Part shown: positions 40,286 to 50,233 of the stretch, piece by piece
Numbering within the stretch: position 1 is the first letter of the stretch
Layout: every line of letters begins with the position of its first letter
Source: an uncultured Gemmatimonadales bacterium
Lineage (GTDB): Bacteria > Gemmatimonadota > Gemmatimonadetes > Longimicrobiales > RSA9
Reading direction: 5' to 3'
DNA: 64,000 bases
NCBI GenBank assembly: GCA_963708135.1
Contig: OY970192.1
Span: forward strand, 4,288,001-4,352,000
The notes under the pieces: model-generated
What the model saw: the letters and a program-made list of their open reading frames with translations, nothing else
Database searches by the model: none
What the model was told of the DNA's origin: nothing
Translations under genes and position numbers: made by a program

Positions 40286-40347
40286 CTACTAGGGTCGTAG
40301 TAGACGCTACCACGGCGTGGGCGGGATGTCAACTATGATCTTAGTAG
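40286..40347 (-). promoter_or_regulatory. Promoter and two BlaI-type operators
   Basis: TTGACA-N17-TAGCGT on minus strand (40332-40304); CTACTA-N6-TAGTAG at 40286-40303 and CAACTA-N6-TAGTAG at 40330-40347. Confidence 0.82.
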
Positions 40348-40722
40348 ACAGGCGGATCGGCGGGAGTAACGTGGTGCCGGACCTGGAGATGGAGGCTCTT
40401 GGGCGTGGAGCGGGCGAGGATTTTGTGGCGGGCGGCGGAGAGTGGGAGAGTGGGAGAGTGGGGGACCGGGCGACGTTCGTCGCGGGCGAGGACGCGCGGG
40501 CCCACGCCGGCTTCGCGGCGGCCGCGGGTGCGCCGGGCGCGCCCCGGGATCGTCGCCGCGCCCGGGACACGCGCGCGCCGCGAGCCCGGCCGCATCTCCC
40601 ACTCCCCCACTCCCCCACTCTCTCCCCGTCCGGGCACCGCGCCGTCGGCCCGGCCACGCCTCGGGGGCACATGGAACGCCGGCCCGACCACCCCCCGCGG
40701 GCGCTGAACGCCGGCCCGACCC

Positions 40723-41082
40723 TCAGATCCACTCGGGCGCCTCCACCGTGCGGTCGCTCCGGACATCGCCGGTGTTGAGGGTGCCGGCGGGCTCGACCAT
40801 GAGGATCCAGCACTCCTCGTCGGCGACGGGGCGGTGCTCGATGCCCTTCGGGACGATCAGCATCTGGCCTTCACCGAGCTCGAGGCTGCGGTCGCGGAGC
40901 TCCATGCGGAAGCGGCCGCGGATGACGAGGAAGAGCTCGTCGGCGTCGTCGTGCCTGTGGAAGACGAAGGGGCCCTCGATGCGGGCGATCTTCACGTGCT
41001 GACCGTTCAACTCGCCGATGATCTTCGGCCGCCAGGGATCGGTGAAGAGCGAGAACTTCTGCTGCAGGTCGATGACGTCCAC
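40723..41082 (-). CDS. Cupin-domain protein
   Basis: FVFHRHDDADELF, VPKGIEHRP, EPAGTLNTG. Confidence 0.9.
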   Translation of the reverse strand: MDVIDLQQKFSLFTDPWRPKIIGELNGQHVKIARIEGPFVFHRHDDADELFLVIRGRFRMELRDRSLELGEGQMLIVPKGIEHRPVADEECWILMVEPAGTLNTGDVRSDRTVEAPEWI

Positions 41083-41210
41083 GGAGCTCCTCCTGCGTAG
41101 GGGACCGCTCTGCTACTTCGTTCCCGGCGAGCGCCAGCGCGTACGGCAGCGCCCACTGGGCTGCATCGGGGTCTCCAGGTGGCGGTGGTCGGGATCGTGT
41201 CGGGCGGAGG

Positions 41211-41879
41211 TCAGCTCGAGAGGGAGCCGTCGAAGCGGGGGCGCGTCGCGTCGCGGCCGCACTCGATGACGAGCCCGTAGCTATCGGCGTCGCTCCCGCC
41301 CGGGCCGGACGTGGTGTCCGGGGCGGGGGCCTCCTGGCCGGGGTCGCCGTCCTCGCCGGCGGCATCCCAGGCGCCGGCCACGATGCAGAGCACGGTGCCG
41401 TCGCGGGCGGCGAGGGTGACGCCGTCGTCGCCATCGACCTGGAAGCGGAGGTCCTGCCTCCAGCCGCGTCCGAGAAGCAGCGAGAGGATGGTGTCGGGCG
41501 GCGTGGTGGTCGTGTCCACGTAGGCGAAGTTGCCGGTCCCGCTCAGCCGGCAGCCGGGGCGGGGGGAGGCATCGAGGTCGTCGAAGATCCCGGTCTCGCG
41601 GCGGGTGCGGACGTGGAGCACCCGTTCGGCGAGCGCGCGGGCGGTGTCGCAGGCTGCGGCCAGGTCGGGGGCCAGGGCGCCTCGGTCCCGGCGAGCGCGC
41701 GCGAGCTCGGCGCTGGCGGCGGCGGCGTCCGAGGCCTGGAGCGCATCGGCGAGGGAGTCCACGCCGGCGGCGCTGAGCGCGGCCCCGTTGCGGCGTGCGC
41801 CGTGCCGGGGCCCCGGGCCGCAGCCGGCGGCGAGCGCGATGGCGGTGGCGGCGGCGACGGCGCGCAGGGCGGGGCGCAT
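41211..41879 (-). CDS. Hypothetical lipoprotein
   Basis: Lipobox LAAGC after a hydrophobic stretch; coupled to the upstream small gene. Confidence 0.6.
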   Translation of the reverse strand: MRPALRAVAAATAIALAAGCGPGPRHGARRNGAALSAAGVDSLADALQASDAAAASAELARARRDRGALAPDLAAACDTARALAERVLHVRTRRETGIFDDLDASPRPGCRLSGTGNFAYVDTTTTPPDTILSLLLGRGWRQDLRFQVDGDDGVTLAARDGTVLCIVAGAWDAAGEDGDPGQEAPAPDTTSGPGGSDADSYGLVIECGRDATRPRFDGSLSS

Positions 41880-42118
41880 CAGCCGAGCTCCCACGGCATC
41901 TCGGTGGCCAGCGGCCAGCGGGCGGCGATCTTCTGGAGGTCCTTCTCGCGCTTCACGTAGGTCTCCATGTAGCCGCAGCCGGCGCAGACGTAGTGCGTGA
42001 GTGGCGCGGGCGCGTTGAAGCCGCCGAGCGGGAGTTGCGACGCCTGGCCGAGCACGCGCCGACTGGCGTCCGTCCGCACGTTGCTGGAGCCGCACTTTGG
42101 ACACTTGCCGCTTCGCAT
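41879..42118 (-). CDS. Small zinc-ribbon protein
   Basis: CPKCGS ... CAGCGYMETY; 79 aa. Confidence 0.75.
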   Translation of the reverse strand: MRSGKCPKCGSSNVRTDASRRVLGQASQLPLGGFNAPAPLTHYVCAGCGYMETYVKREKDLQKIAARWPLATEMPWELG

Positions 42119-42257
42119 GACCCGGAGCCGGTGGAGGGTGGGATGATAGGACAAGATGGCGACGCCGCGGCGCGTGGCAAGGGGGGAATCTTGCAGCGGC
42201 GCGGCGGTCATCGCCATCTTGGTGGAGCGTTCTTCCTCCCACCCCCAGAGTCGAGCC

Positions 42258-42797
42258 GTGAGCTTCCCGAACGCCGCGCCCCGGAGCCGTGCGTCCGCCC
42301 TGCTGCGCCGCCATCCCACGCTGCTGGGCACCATCCTGGTGGTGGCCGTCTTCGCACTGGCGACGCCGCTCGCCGTCTGGCACCTGCGGCACGAGCGCGG
42401 CGACGCGGCAGCGCCGCCGGTGTCCGCGGATGTCGCGGTCGCGGCGGATCGCGCGCCGCCCGCCCCGGAGGTCGTCCCGGTGGAGGTGCTCGCCACGCTC
42501 GAGGCGCTCGCCCGCGCAGTGCGGAGCGCGGACACGGCCGCCGTTGCGCGCCTCTACCCCGCCGCGCCGGCGCATTTCCTGGACGGCTTCGGGGCGGTGC
42601 GGGCTCGCCTGGGCCCGGGCGGCACGCTCGCGCTCGGACGGGCGCGGCCGGTCGGCGCCGGCGGGGACCGGCTGGACGTCGAGTTCGTCCTGCGCGCGGA
42701 GGGTACGGCGGCGCCGGCGGAGATGCCCTTCGTGGCGCGGCTCGTGCGGTCGGGCGACGTCTGGAGGATCGAGACGCTGCGGCGGCTCGGGAGCTGA
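42258..42797 (+). CDS. Hypothetical membrane-anchored protein
   Basis: Single TM (LLGTILVVAVFALATPLAVW) then a small alpha/beta domain. Confidence 0.55.
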   Translation: MSFPNAAPRSRASALLRRHPTLLGTILVVAVFALATPLAVWHLRHERGDAAAPPVSADVAVAADRAPPAPEVVPVEVLATLEALARAVRSADTAAVARLYPAAPAHFLDGFGAVRARLGPGGTLALGRARPVGAGGDRLDVEFVLRAEGTAAPAEMPFVARLVRSGDVWRIETLRRLGS

Positions 42798-42807
42798 GGC
42801 GAGGATC

Positions 42808-44367
42808 ATGCGGCCGGACTCCGAGGATACCCGATCAGCCCGGGAGCGAGCGGCGCGGGCCGCCCGTGGCGCGTTCGCGGCGTGGCGCGGCCACTGTTGC
42901 GCGCCGACACCGCCGGGCGGCCCGCGGATCGGCCGTGCCGGCGGCACCGGTTTCATCGCGGCGGCGGCGCTCGTCCTCGTCACGGGCGGCCCGGCGCTGG
43001 TCCGTGCGCAGGTGGACTCGACGCACCTCGTGATCCCGGGGCGGCTGGCCGAGCGCATGGACTCGCCGACGGACACCTCGCAGCGCTACGCGCTCTACCT
43101 GCCCTCCTCCTACACGGCCGAGCGAACCTGGCCGGTGCTCGTGGTGATGGATCCGCGCGGGCAGGCGGTCCCCGCGCTGCGGCTCTTCCAGCCCGCGGCG
43201 GAGCGGGACGGTTACATCGTCATGAGCTCCTACGAGACCCGCAGCGACGGTCCGGTCGATCCGAACGTGCGCGCCGTGAACGCGATGCTCGCCGACGCGC
43301 AGGCGAGCTTCTCCCTCGATCCCCACCGCCTCTACTTCGCCGGGATGTCGGGTACCGCCGCCGTGGCGTGGGGGATCGCCCTCGAGCTGCCCGACCGGGT
43401 GGCGGGCGTGGTCTCCGCGAGCGGCGTCGCCTCCGTGTTCAGGGACACGGCCGGCGCGCCGCCCTTTGCCTTCTTCGGCACGGCGGGGACGCACGACTTC
43501 AACTACGAGCAGCTCGTGGCCTTCGAGCCGCGGCTCGCGAAGTGGAAGACGCCGCACCGCCTGCGATACTTCGACGGACCCCACGGCTGGCCGCCTGCGG
43601 TGCTCTGCGCGGAGGCGCTCGACTGGCTGAGCCTGGAGGCGATGCGCGCGGGCACCGCGCCCCGCCGGACCGCCTGGATCGACTCGCTCTACGAATCCGA
43701 GGCGGCGGCCGCGCGCGCGCTCGAGGCCGCCGGCGACCTGCCCGGTGCCGTCTCGCGCTGGCGCGACATCGAGGCGTCCTTCTCCGGGCTGCGCGACGTG
43801 GCCGCCGCGCACGCGAAGGCGGAGGCCCTCGCGGCCGAGCCGGCCGTACGTACGGCCGCAGCGCAGCGCGACAGCTCGCTCGCCCGGGCCGGCCGCTTCG
43901 GCGCCCTGCTCGGCGCGGTCATGACGCGGATCCGCGAGGCCGGCGGAACCCCCGACCCGGACCGGCTGCGTGAGCTGCTCGGCATCGACCCGCTGCGCCG
44001 GGCCGCCGCCGACAGCACCGACGCCGCCGCCGCCGCGGAGGCGGCCCGCTTCCTGGCGCTGGTCTTCGTGCAGGCTGGGTTCTACCAGCCGCGCCAGCTC
44101 ATCAAGGACGGGAAGCCGGGGTCCGCGCTTGCCGTGCTGCGACTGGCGGACGTGATCCGACCCGACCAGCCGGGCGTGCTGCTCCGCATGGCCCAGGCCT
44201 ATGCGGGGATGAAGATGCCGCGCGAGGCCATGCTCTCGCTCCACCGCGCCGTGGAGGGCGGGCTCGCCGCCGACCTGGACGCCGACCCCTACCTCGCCTC
44301 GCTGCGCGGCGATCCGCGCTTCGCCGCGCTGGCCGCGCGCGCCCGCACCGCGCAATCGTCGAAGTAG
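42808..44367 (+). CDS. Secreted esterase-like alpha/beta hydrolase with C-terminal helical/TPR-like region
   Basis: YALYLPSSY, GMSG elbow, GTHDFN, FDGPHGW; C-terminal DPYLASLRGDPRF. Confidence 0.75.
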   Translation: MRPDSEDTRSARERAARAARGAFAAWRGHCCAPTPPGGPRIGRAGGTGFIAAAALVLVTGGPALVRAQVDSTHLVIPGRLAERMDSPTDTSQRYALYLPSSYTAERTWPVLVVMDPRGQAVPALRLFQPAAERDGYIVMSSYETRSDGPVDPNVRAVNAMLADAQASFSLDPHRLYFAGMSGTAAVAWGIALELPDRVAGVVSASGVASVFRDTAGAPPFAFFGTAGTHDFNYEQLVAFEPRLAKWKTPHRLRYFDGPHGWPPAVLCAEALDWLSLEAMRAGTAPRRTAWIDSLYESEAAAARALEAAGDLPGAVSRWRDIEASFSGLRDVAAAHAKAEALAAEPAVRTAAAQRDSSLARAGRFGALLGAVMTRIREAGGTPDPDRLRELLGIDPLRRAAADSTDAAAAAEAARFLALVFVQAGFYQPRQLIKDGKPGSALAVLRLADVIRPDQPGVLLRMAQAYAGMKMPREAMLSLHRAVEGGLAADLDADPYLASLRGDPRFAALAARARTAQSSK

Positions 44368-44412
44368 GTCGCGACCGCTGGCCGATCGATCCATCGTCGA
44401 ACGAACTCCGCC

Positions 44413-44820
44413 ATGATGCCCCCCCACGGGTCCCCTTCGAGCGACGATTCGCCCGCCTCGCACCAGCAGCCGCCGCCGCGCCCACCCCGCGCCCCGCGCG
44501 AGCGGCCCAGCTGGCGCGCCGTCCTCTGGCTCCGGCGCCAGCGCGTGCGCGGCCGACGCCGCTTCATCTGGGCCTGGGGCGTCCTCCGGCTGGGCGTCCC
44601 GATCGCGGCGCTCGCGACGCTGCTCCGCTTCCTGGACGAGCCCTTCCGCTGGGTCCACTTCCTCGCGCACCTCGTCGTGAACGTGCTCGTGGCGGGCATC
44701 GTCGGCGGCTACGTCATGGGCGCCCTGCTGTGGGCGCTGGTCGTGGGGCGAGGCCGGCGGCCCCGACCTGCCCCGCCACGCCGCCCGTCGCGGGGACGCG
44801 GGGACACGCCACGATCGTGA
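44413..44820 (+). CDS. Small two-TM membrane protein
   Basis: GRRRFIWAWGVL; two hydrophobic segments. Confidence 0.55.
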   Translation: MMPPHGSPSSDDSPASHQQPPPRPPRAPRERPSWRAVLWLRRQRVRGRRRFIWAWGVLRLGVPIAALATLLRFLDEPFRWVHFLAHLVVNVLVAGIVGGYVMGALLWALVVGRGRRPRPAPPRRPSRGRGDTPRS

Positions 44821-44881
44821 TCGCGCGCCGCGGCTGCCGGGAGGCGCCACCTCCGCGCCCGCCCGGCCGGCGGCGAAGGCG

Positions 44882-46279
44882 TCAGACTCCCGCGGACAGC
44901 TTCAGGACGTCCGTGGCCAGCCACCAGAGGCCGACGGCGACGATGGCGCCGGGGATGGCGTAGCGGACCCAGAGGTAGAGCGCGCGCACGGCGCGGCGGT
45001 CCGCGGCCCCGCCCTCGCCGTCGGCCAGCGCGGCGAGGGCGCGCGAGCGGTGCATGGCCCAGCCGACGGTGAGCACGGCCAGCAGCGAGCCGAGCGTCTG
45101 CATCCCGGAGCCGAAGGTCAGGTCCCAGGGGACGAACACGCGCAGGCTGATCATCGGCGGGAGGGAGAGGACGAGCACGGCGGCGGCGACGAGCCACGTC
45201 GCCTTGCGGCGCGTCAGGCGGGTGTTGTCGGTGAGCCCGGCGATGAGCACCTCGAACGCGGGCACGTCCGAGAGGTAGGCGGCGCCGAAGAGGCCGGCAA
45301 AGAAGAGCAGGCCGAAGGCCCACCCGGCGGGGATCCGGGCGAAGACCGCCGGGAGCGTCGAGAAGATGAGCGCGGGTCCGCTCCCGGGCTCGCCGCCGAC
45401 GGCGAAGAGGGCGGGGAAGATGGCCAGGCCGGCCAGCAGCCCGGCGAGGGTGTCGGCGCCGGCGGTCCACGCGGCGTCGCGGACCAGGCGCTCCTTGCCG
45501 CTCAGGTAGGAGCCGTAGACGAGCATGAACGTACCGCCCAGCGAGAGCGAGAAGACCGCCTGCCCGAGCGCGGCGACCATCACGCGCGGCGTGAGGTCCG
45601 AGATCTGGAACTTGAGGATGTACCAGCGCAGCCCCGCGCCGGCACCGGGCAGGGTGAGGGAACGTGCCACGAGCACGAGCAGGATGGCGAACAGCGTAGG
45701 CATGATCACCTTGCTGGCCCGCTCGATGCCGCCGCGCAGCCCGCGCAGCAGCACGGCCACGCAGGACAGGATGACGAGCGTCGTGCAACCGAGCTGGAGC
45801 GCGAACGCGCGCGCCGAGAAGCCCGTCTCCGGCGGCAGCACGGCGGACGCGTGCAGGTCGATGCCGAGCGCGCCGGCGGCCTGCCCGGCCGCGTAGTAGA
45901 GCACCCAGCCGAGCACGTCCGTGTAGTACGCCGTCGCCGCGGTCACCACGAGGAAGAAGAACCACCCGACCTGCCGCCCGAGCGGCAGCCCGCCGCGCTC
46001 GAACGCCCCCACCGTACCGCGGCGCGTGGCACGGCCGAGCGCCCATTCCGTGGCCAGCGCCGGCACGCCGATCACGAGCACGACCGCCACGTAGAACAGC
46101 ACGAACGCCGCGCCGCCGAACTTCCCGACCATGTACGGGAAGCGCCACACGTTCCCCAGTCCCACGGCCGCGCCGATCATCGCCATGAGCGCGCCGAAGC
46201 GGGAGCCGAACGTCTCCCGGAAGGCGACGTCGCCGCCGCCCGCCACCGGCGTGGCCGCGGACTCCGCGGCCACGCTCAC
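44882..46279 (-). CDS. Sodium-dependent transporter (NSS/SNF family)
   Basis: GAAVGLGNVWRFPY, GQAVFSLSLG, GPALIF.TLP. Confidence 0.95.
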   Translation of the reverse strand: MSVAAESAATPVAGGGDVAFRETFGSRFGALMAMIGAAVGLGNVWRFPYMVGKFGGAAFVLFYVAVVLVIGVPALATEWALGRATRRGTVGAFERGGLPLGRQVGWFFFLVVTAATAYYTDVLGWVLYYAAGQAAGALGIDLHASAVLPPETGFSARAFALQLGCTTLVILSCVAVLLRGLRGGIERASKVIMPTLFAILLVLVARSLTLPGAGAGLRWYILKFQISDLTPRVMVAALGQAVFSLSLGGTFMLVYGSYLSGKERLVRDAAWTAGADTLAGLLAGLAIFPALFAVGGEPGSGPALIFSTLPAVFARIPAGWAFGLLFFAGLFGAAYLSDVPAFEVLIAGLTDNTRLTRRKATWLVAAAVLVLSLPPMISLRVFVPWDLTFGSGMQTLGSLLAVLTVGWAMHRSRALAALADGEGGAADRRAVRALYLWVRYAIPGAIVAVGLWWLATDVLKLSAGV

Positions 46280-47457
46280 GCGCCGTGCTCCAGCACCGCC
46301 GCCACCGCGTCCAGGGAGCGGTCCACGTCCTCGGTCGTCGAGTAGAAGTGGGGCGCCAGCCGGATCGCGGGCCCGCGCGCCGAGGCGAGGAGCCCGCGCG
46401 CCCGGAGCGCCGTCTCGACCGCGTGGCTGTCCCGCGCGCCGCAGTGGAAGGCCGTCGTCGCCGTCTTTCGCTCCGGCTCGGGGGCCCCCATCGGGCGGAG
46501 CCCGCGCGCGAGGCCGCCCTCCACCAGCCGGCGGGAGAGGACGGTGTTCCACGCCTCGATGGCCGCTGGGCCGATCTCGTTCAGCACCGCCATGCCGGCG
46601 CGCGCGATGGCGGCGCACACGACCGGCGGCGTGCCTGTGTCGAAGCGGCGCGCGCCGGGTGCCCAGTCCAGCCGCTTGGCGTCGAACGCGTACGGGTCCT
46701 CCCGCCCGAACCAGCCCGTGGCCGTCGGCTCGAGCCGCTCCGCGAGGCCCGGGCGCACGTACAGGAAGGCGATGCCGGGGACCCCGAGCAGGAACTTGAG
46801 GGCGCCGCTCGAGAGCATGTCCACGCCCAGCGCAGCGACGTCCAGGTCAACGGCACCGAGCGCCTGGTAGGCATCGACGTAGAGGAGCGCGCCCGCGCCG
46901 TGCGCCAGCCGCGCCAGCCCCGCGATGTCCTGACGGAAGCCCGTCTGGTAATAGGCGGCGCAGGCGGAGACGAGGAGCGTGCGCTCGTCGACCGTCGCCT
47001 CGTAGCCCTCCTCGGGGACGACTCCGTCGCGCACCGGCACCCAGGCGATGTCCGCTCCCAGCCGGCGCTGCGCCAGCCACTCGTGCGCCACAGTCGGGAA
47101 CTCCGCCTCGCTGACCACGACCCGCCCGCGCGCCTCCGTGTACTGCAGCGCGCTCGCCACCAGCGCCGTGGCGTGCGACACCGACGCGCATACGGCCACG
47201 TCCGCCGCGTCCGCGTGGATCAGACGCGCGAACTCCGAGCGCGCCGCCTCCACCTCCGTCATCCAGCCGTCCCAATCCATCCCTACCCGGTCCCATCCGT
47301 CCAGGTAGGCCTCGGCCGCCGCGCGCGTCGCCTCCATCTGCGGCGCGTGCGAGCAGTTGTTCATCGGGATGGAGTGCGCGAGGATCGGGATGCGCGCGCG
47401 CCAGAAGCCGATGTCGTACGCGGGCGCCGCCGGCGCGGCGGTCTGCGGGTCGGGCAT
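46276..47457 (-). CDS. Class V PLP-dependent enzyme (kynureninase/lyase-like)
   Basis: EFPTV, VDAYQALG, SSGALKFLLG (PLP Lys), RFDTGTP, IRLAPHFY. Confidence 0.88.
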   Translation of the reverse strand: MPDPQTAAPAAPAYDIGFWRARIPILAHSIPMNNCSHAPQMEATRAAAEAYLDGWDRVGMDWDGWMTEVEAARSEFARLIHADAADVAVCASVSHATALVASALQYTEARGRVVVSEAEFPTVAHEWLAQRRLGADIAWVPVRDGVVPEEGYEATVDERTLLVSACAAYYQTGFRQDIAGLARLAHGAGALLYVDAYQALGAVDLDVAALGVDMLSSGALKFLLGVPGIAFLYVRPGLAERLEPTATGWFGREDPYAFDAKRLDWAPGARRFDTGTPPVVCAAIARAGMAVLNEIGPAAIEAWNTVLSRRLVEGGLARGLRPMGAPEPERKTATTAFHCGARDSHAVETALRARGLLASARGPAIRLAPHFYSTTEDVDRSLDAVAAVLEHGA

Positions 47458-47660
47458 CCTTCGAGCTCCATCGAGATCGGGACGGGAGCGGGGCCGGAGC
47501 GGCCCCGGCTCGCAAGGTACGGTGGAGGAGGCCGCCCGGACCAGCCGATTCCGGCGTCACCCGTCCCGGCGAATCGCGGCTGCCGCGTCGGGCCCGGTGC
47601 GCTGGCGCCCGGGCGCCGTAGGCCGGCTACCGGGCTCGCCCAGCGCCGCGCCCGGGAGGT

Positions 47661-47830
47661 GCGGAACTCGCCAGTCGCCGCGCCCCGGACCTGGACTGGC
47701 GTGTCTTGCCTGCCTGGGCGGCACAACTCGCCGCTGGTTTCGCGGCGCCCGAGGGAGTGGCGAGTTCTGCATGCGTGAAGCGCACAACTCGCCGGTCGAA
47801 GGTGGCGACAGGCCGATCGGCAGGTTGTGC
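47661..47830. repeat. Array of three inverted-repeat units, period 60-61 bp
   Basis: AACTCGCC left arms at ~47665, 47725, 47786 with GGCG(A/T)GT / GGCAGGTT right arms 23-24 nt downstream. Confidence 0.85.
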
Positions 47831-47988
47831 ACCCTGGCGCGGCTGCCGCAGTCGGAGCCACGCGCTCGGCCGGCGCCGCACCTCCACGCCGCCGCCGGCG
47901 CTTGCACGGAAGCTCGCGCGTGTGCACCGTAGGCGGGCTCCGCGCACCCGCGCGCCGCACCCGTCCTCGCCGCCACCGGCTCGCCACG

Positions 47989-48486
47989 ATGCCCGACATC
48001 GGATCTCCCTCCCCCTTTCCTCCCGCTCTCGTCCGCTTCGTGAAGCTGTTCGACGCCGGCGCCTTCTGGGAGAGCCACGAGGCGCTCGAGGGCGCCTGGC
48101 GCGAGAACCGCAGCGCCTTCTACAAGGGCCTGATCCTGCACGCGAGCGCGCTCGTCCACGCCCAGCGCGCCAACGCCCACGGCGTCCTGGCCCAGCTCGG
48201 AAAGGCCCGTCGCCACCTCCGCCCCTACGCGCCCGCCTACCTCGGCATCGACGTGGCCGCCGTGCTCGCCCACGGCGAGGAGTGTCGGGTGGTGGTCGAG
48301 GCGGCGCCCGGCCCCGAGGCGGCGCCCGGCCCCGAGGCGGCGCCCGTGAGCCCCCCGCGGCGGGGCGGGCCCGAGGCGCGGGCACCGGATGCCCCCCCTT
48401 CATGGCCCGCGCGCATCCCTCCGCTCGAGCTCACCCTCGATCCCGGTCTCCTCCGCGGCACCGAGCCCGAGCTCCGCGCCCCCTGA
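47989..48486 (+). CDS. DUF309-domain protein
   Basis: LFDAGAFWESHEALEGAW, FYKGLI. Confidence 0.85.
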   Translation: MPDIGSPSPFPPALVRFVKLFDAGAFWESHEALEGAWRENRSAFYKGLILHASALVHAQRANAHGVLAQLGKARRHLRPYAPAYLGIDVAAVLAHGEECRVVVEAAPGPEAAPGPEAAPVSPPRRGGPEARAPDAPPSWPARIPPLELTLDPGLLRGTEPELRAP

Positions 48487-48620
48487 GCGCCGTCCTCGCC
48501 CGGGCGTTAGATTTCCCGGTGTACGTGCGGCGCCTGGCCGCGCCGTAGCCCGGGCCGGAGCCGGACCTGAATCGCCGACCCCGGACCCCGGATACCCGAC
48601 CCCGATCCCCCGGCCCTCGG

Positions 48621-49103
48621 ATGCTCACTTTCCTCGCCCTCGCCCTCATGGTGCTGTCCCTGTTCCTCATCCCGCTCGGGCTGCCGGGGATCTGGATCAT
48701 GGTGGGCGTGGTGGCGGTGGGGACGATCTATCACGCCGTGTCGCTGCCGATCCTCGTCGTCGTGACCCTCATCGCGCTGGCCTCCGAGCTGGCCGAGTAC
48801 GGGGTGACCAAGCGACTGACGCGGCGCTACGGCGGCTCGAACCGAGCCTTCTGGGGGGCGCTGCTCGGAGGCTTCCTGGGGGTCTTCTTCGGGCTTCCGA
48901 TCCCGATCGTCGGCTCCGTGGTGGCCGGGATCCTGGGCTCGTTCCTCGGCGCCGGCGCGGTCACCTACTGGGAGACGCGCCACCTGCCGTCCGCGGGCCG
49001 CGTGGGGTGGGGCGTCGTGCTCGGCCGGATGCTCTCGGCCGCCGTGAAGATGGCCGCCGGGATCGCCGTCCTGGTCCTCGGCGGCGGGGCGCTGCTCCTG
49101 TGA
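48621..49103 (+). CDS. DUF456-family membrane protein
   Basis: LPGIWI, RRYGGS.RAFWGALLGG. Confidence 0.85.
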   Translation: MLTFLALALMVLSLFLIPLGLPGIWIMVGVVAVGTIYHAVSLPILVVVTLIALASELAEYGVTKRLTRRYGGSNRAFWGALLGGFLGVFFGLPIPIVGSVVAGILGSFLGAGAVTYWETRHLPSAGRVGWGVVLGRMLSAAVKMAAGIAVLVLGGGALLL

Positions 49104-49486
49104 GGGGGCCGCTGCCCGCCGAGCCGCTCGCGCTCCGGCGGGATGCGCGCGGCGTCGTATTCGAGCCGATCGATGCCGAAACGCTTTCCATGCAGCGCAA
49201 CTGCCACGTCGTGCTCACCGCCGCCGGGCAGGTGCGGGGCAACCACTACCACACCCGCGCCACCGAACGGCTCATCGTGCTCGGCCCGGCCCTGGCCCGC
49301 TTCCGCATCGAGGGGAGGGTGGTCGAGGCGCGCGTTCCAGAAGGCGAGGCCTGGCGCTTCACCATCCCGCCGGGCGTCGCGCACGCGATCCGCGGCACGG
49401 GAGAAGGCCCGAACGTCATCGTCGCCTTCGCCACCGAGCCGTTCGAGCCCGGCGATCCGGACACCGTCCGCGACGTTCTCCTCTGA
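49100..49486 (+). CDS. Cupin-fold (sugar isomerase/epimerase-like) protein
   Basis: RDARG, VRGNHYH...E, IPPGVAHAI; GTG start overlapping the previous stop. Confidence 0.75.
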   Translation: MRGPLPAEPLALRRDARGVVFEPIDAETLSMQRNCHVVLTAAGQVRGNHYHTRATERLIVLGPALARFRIEGRVVEARVPEGEAWRFTIPPGVAHAIRGTGEGPNVIVAFATEPFEPGDPDTVRDVLL

Positions 49487-49571
49487 GGCCGTGTCGCGCC
49501 AGTGAGGCGCGTCGGGCCAGCGGCCGCGCCCCCCGGCGAGGCGCTGCGCGGGATCGGTCGCTGCCGGTCCT

Positions 49572-49985
49572 TCAGCGCGTCAGCACCTGCAGGATGCGGA
49601 TCCCCCAGGACGCCGCCGCCAGCACCACCGGGAGCAGCGTGAGCCCGATCGAGAAGAGCATGCCCTGCCGGAAGAGGAGCGGCGCCGCCTCCGGCGCCTC
49701 CTCGCGCCACACCGCTCCCATCAGCGTGTCCAGCCCCCAGCCGGCCGTGTAGCACACGTTGGCCATCACGCCGTAGAGCACAATCGCCTGCCACGGCACG
49801 AACAGGTGCGCCGGGTGCGGCGGCAGGATCGCGAACACCTGCACCACCCCCAGCGAGATCACCCCCGTGCCGCCGACCAGCACGTTGTAGATGGCACGGC
49901 GCGACTCCCACCACACGAGCCGCGACACCCACGTCCGTCGCAGGTCCGGCAGGGGGTAGAAGAGTCGCTCGATCGCCCGGTTCAT
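49572..49985 (-). CDS. Hypothetical membrane protein
   Basis: WWESRR..YN, ANVCYT.GW; three TM segments. Confidence 0.7.
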   Translation of the reverse strand: MNRAIERLFYPLPDLRRTWVSRLVWWESRRAIYNVLVGGTGVISLGVVQVFAILPPHPAHLFVPWQAIVLYGVMANVCYTAGWGLDTLMGAVWREEAPEAAPLLFRQGMLFSIGLTLLPVVLAAASWGIRILQVLTR

Positions 49986-50233
49986 GGTATGGCCTCCGCG
50001 GGATTCAGGATTGCGGGTTTCGGGGATTGCAGGGTCCAGGATCGCAGCGCCCGGGGACCGGCGTCCTCACCAGGGTTCAGGTCACGTCCAGCAACGGCGC
50101 TCGGCTCCTGCACTCCTCCTCCTCGAGAAGATTTCGTCTGCTGGTGCCCTGCTGTCAAGTACTTTGTGATGCAAAGGCCGCGCCGCCGCGGGCGTTGGCG
50201 TGGCCGGCCCGGCGCCTGCATCTTGCGCGCACC

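Noticed and set aside
47661..47830. Integron attC array
   Set aside because: Units are ~50 bp, adjacent with no cassette ORFs, deviate from RYYYAAC/GTTRRRY, and no IntI is present.
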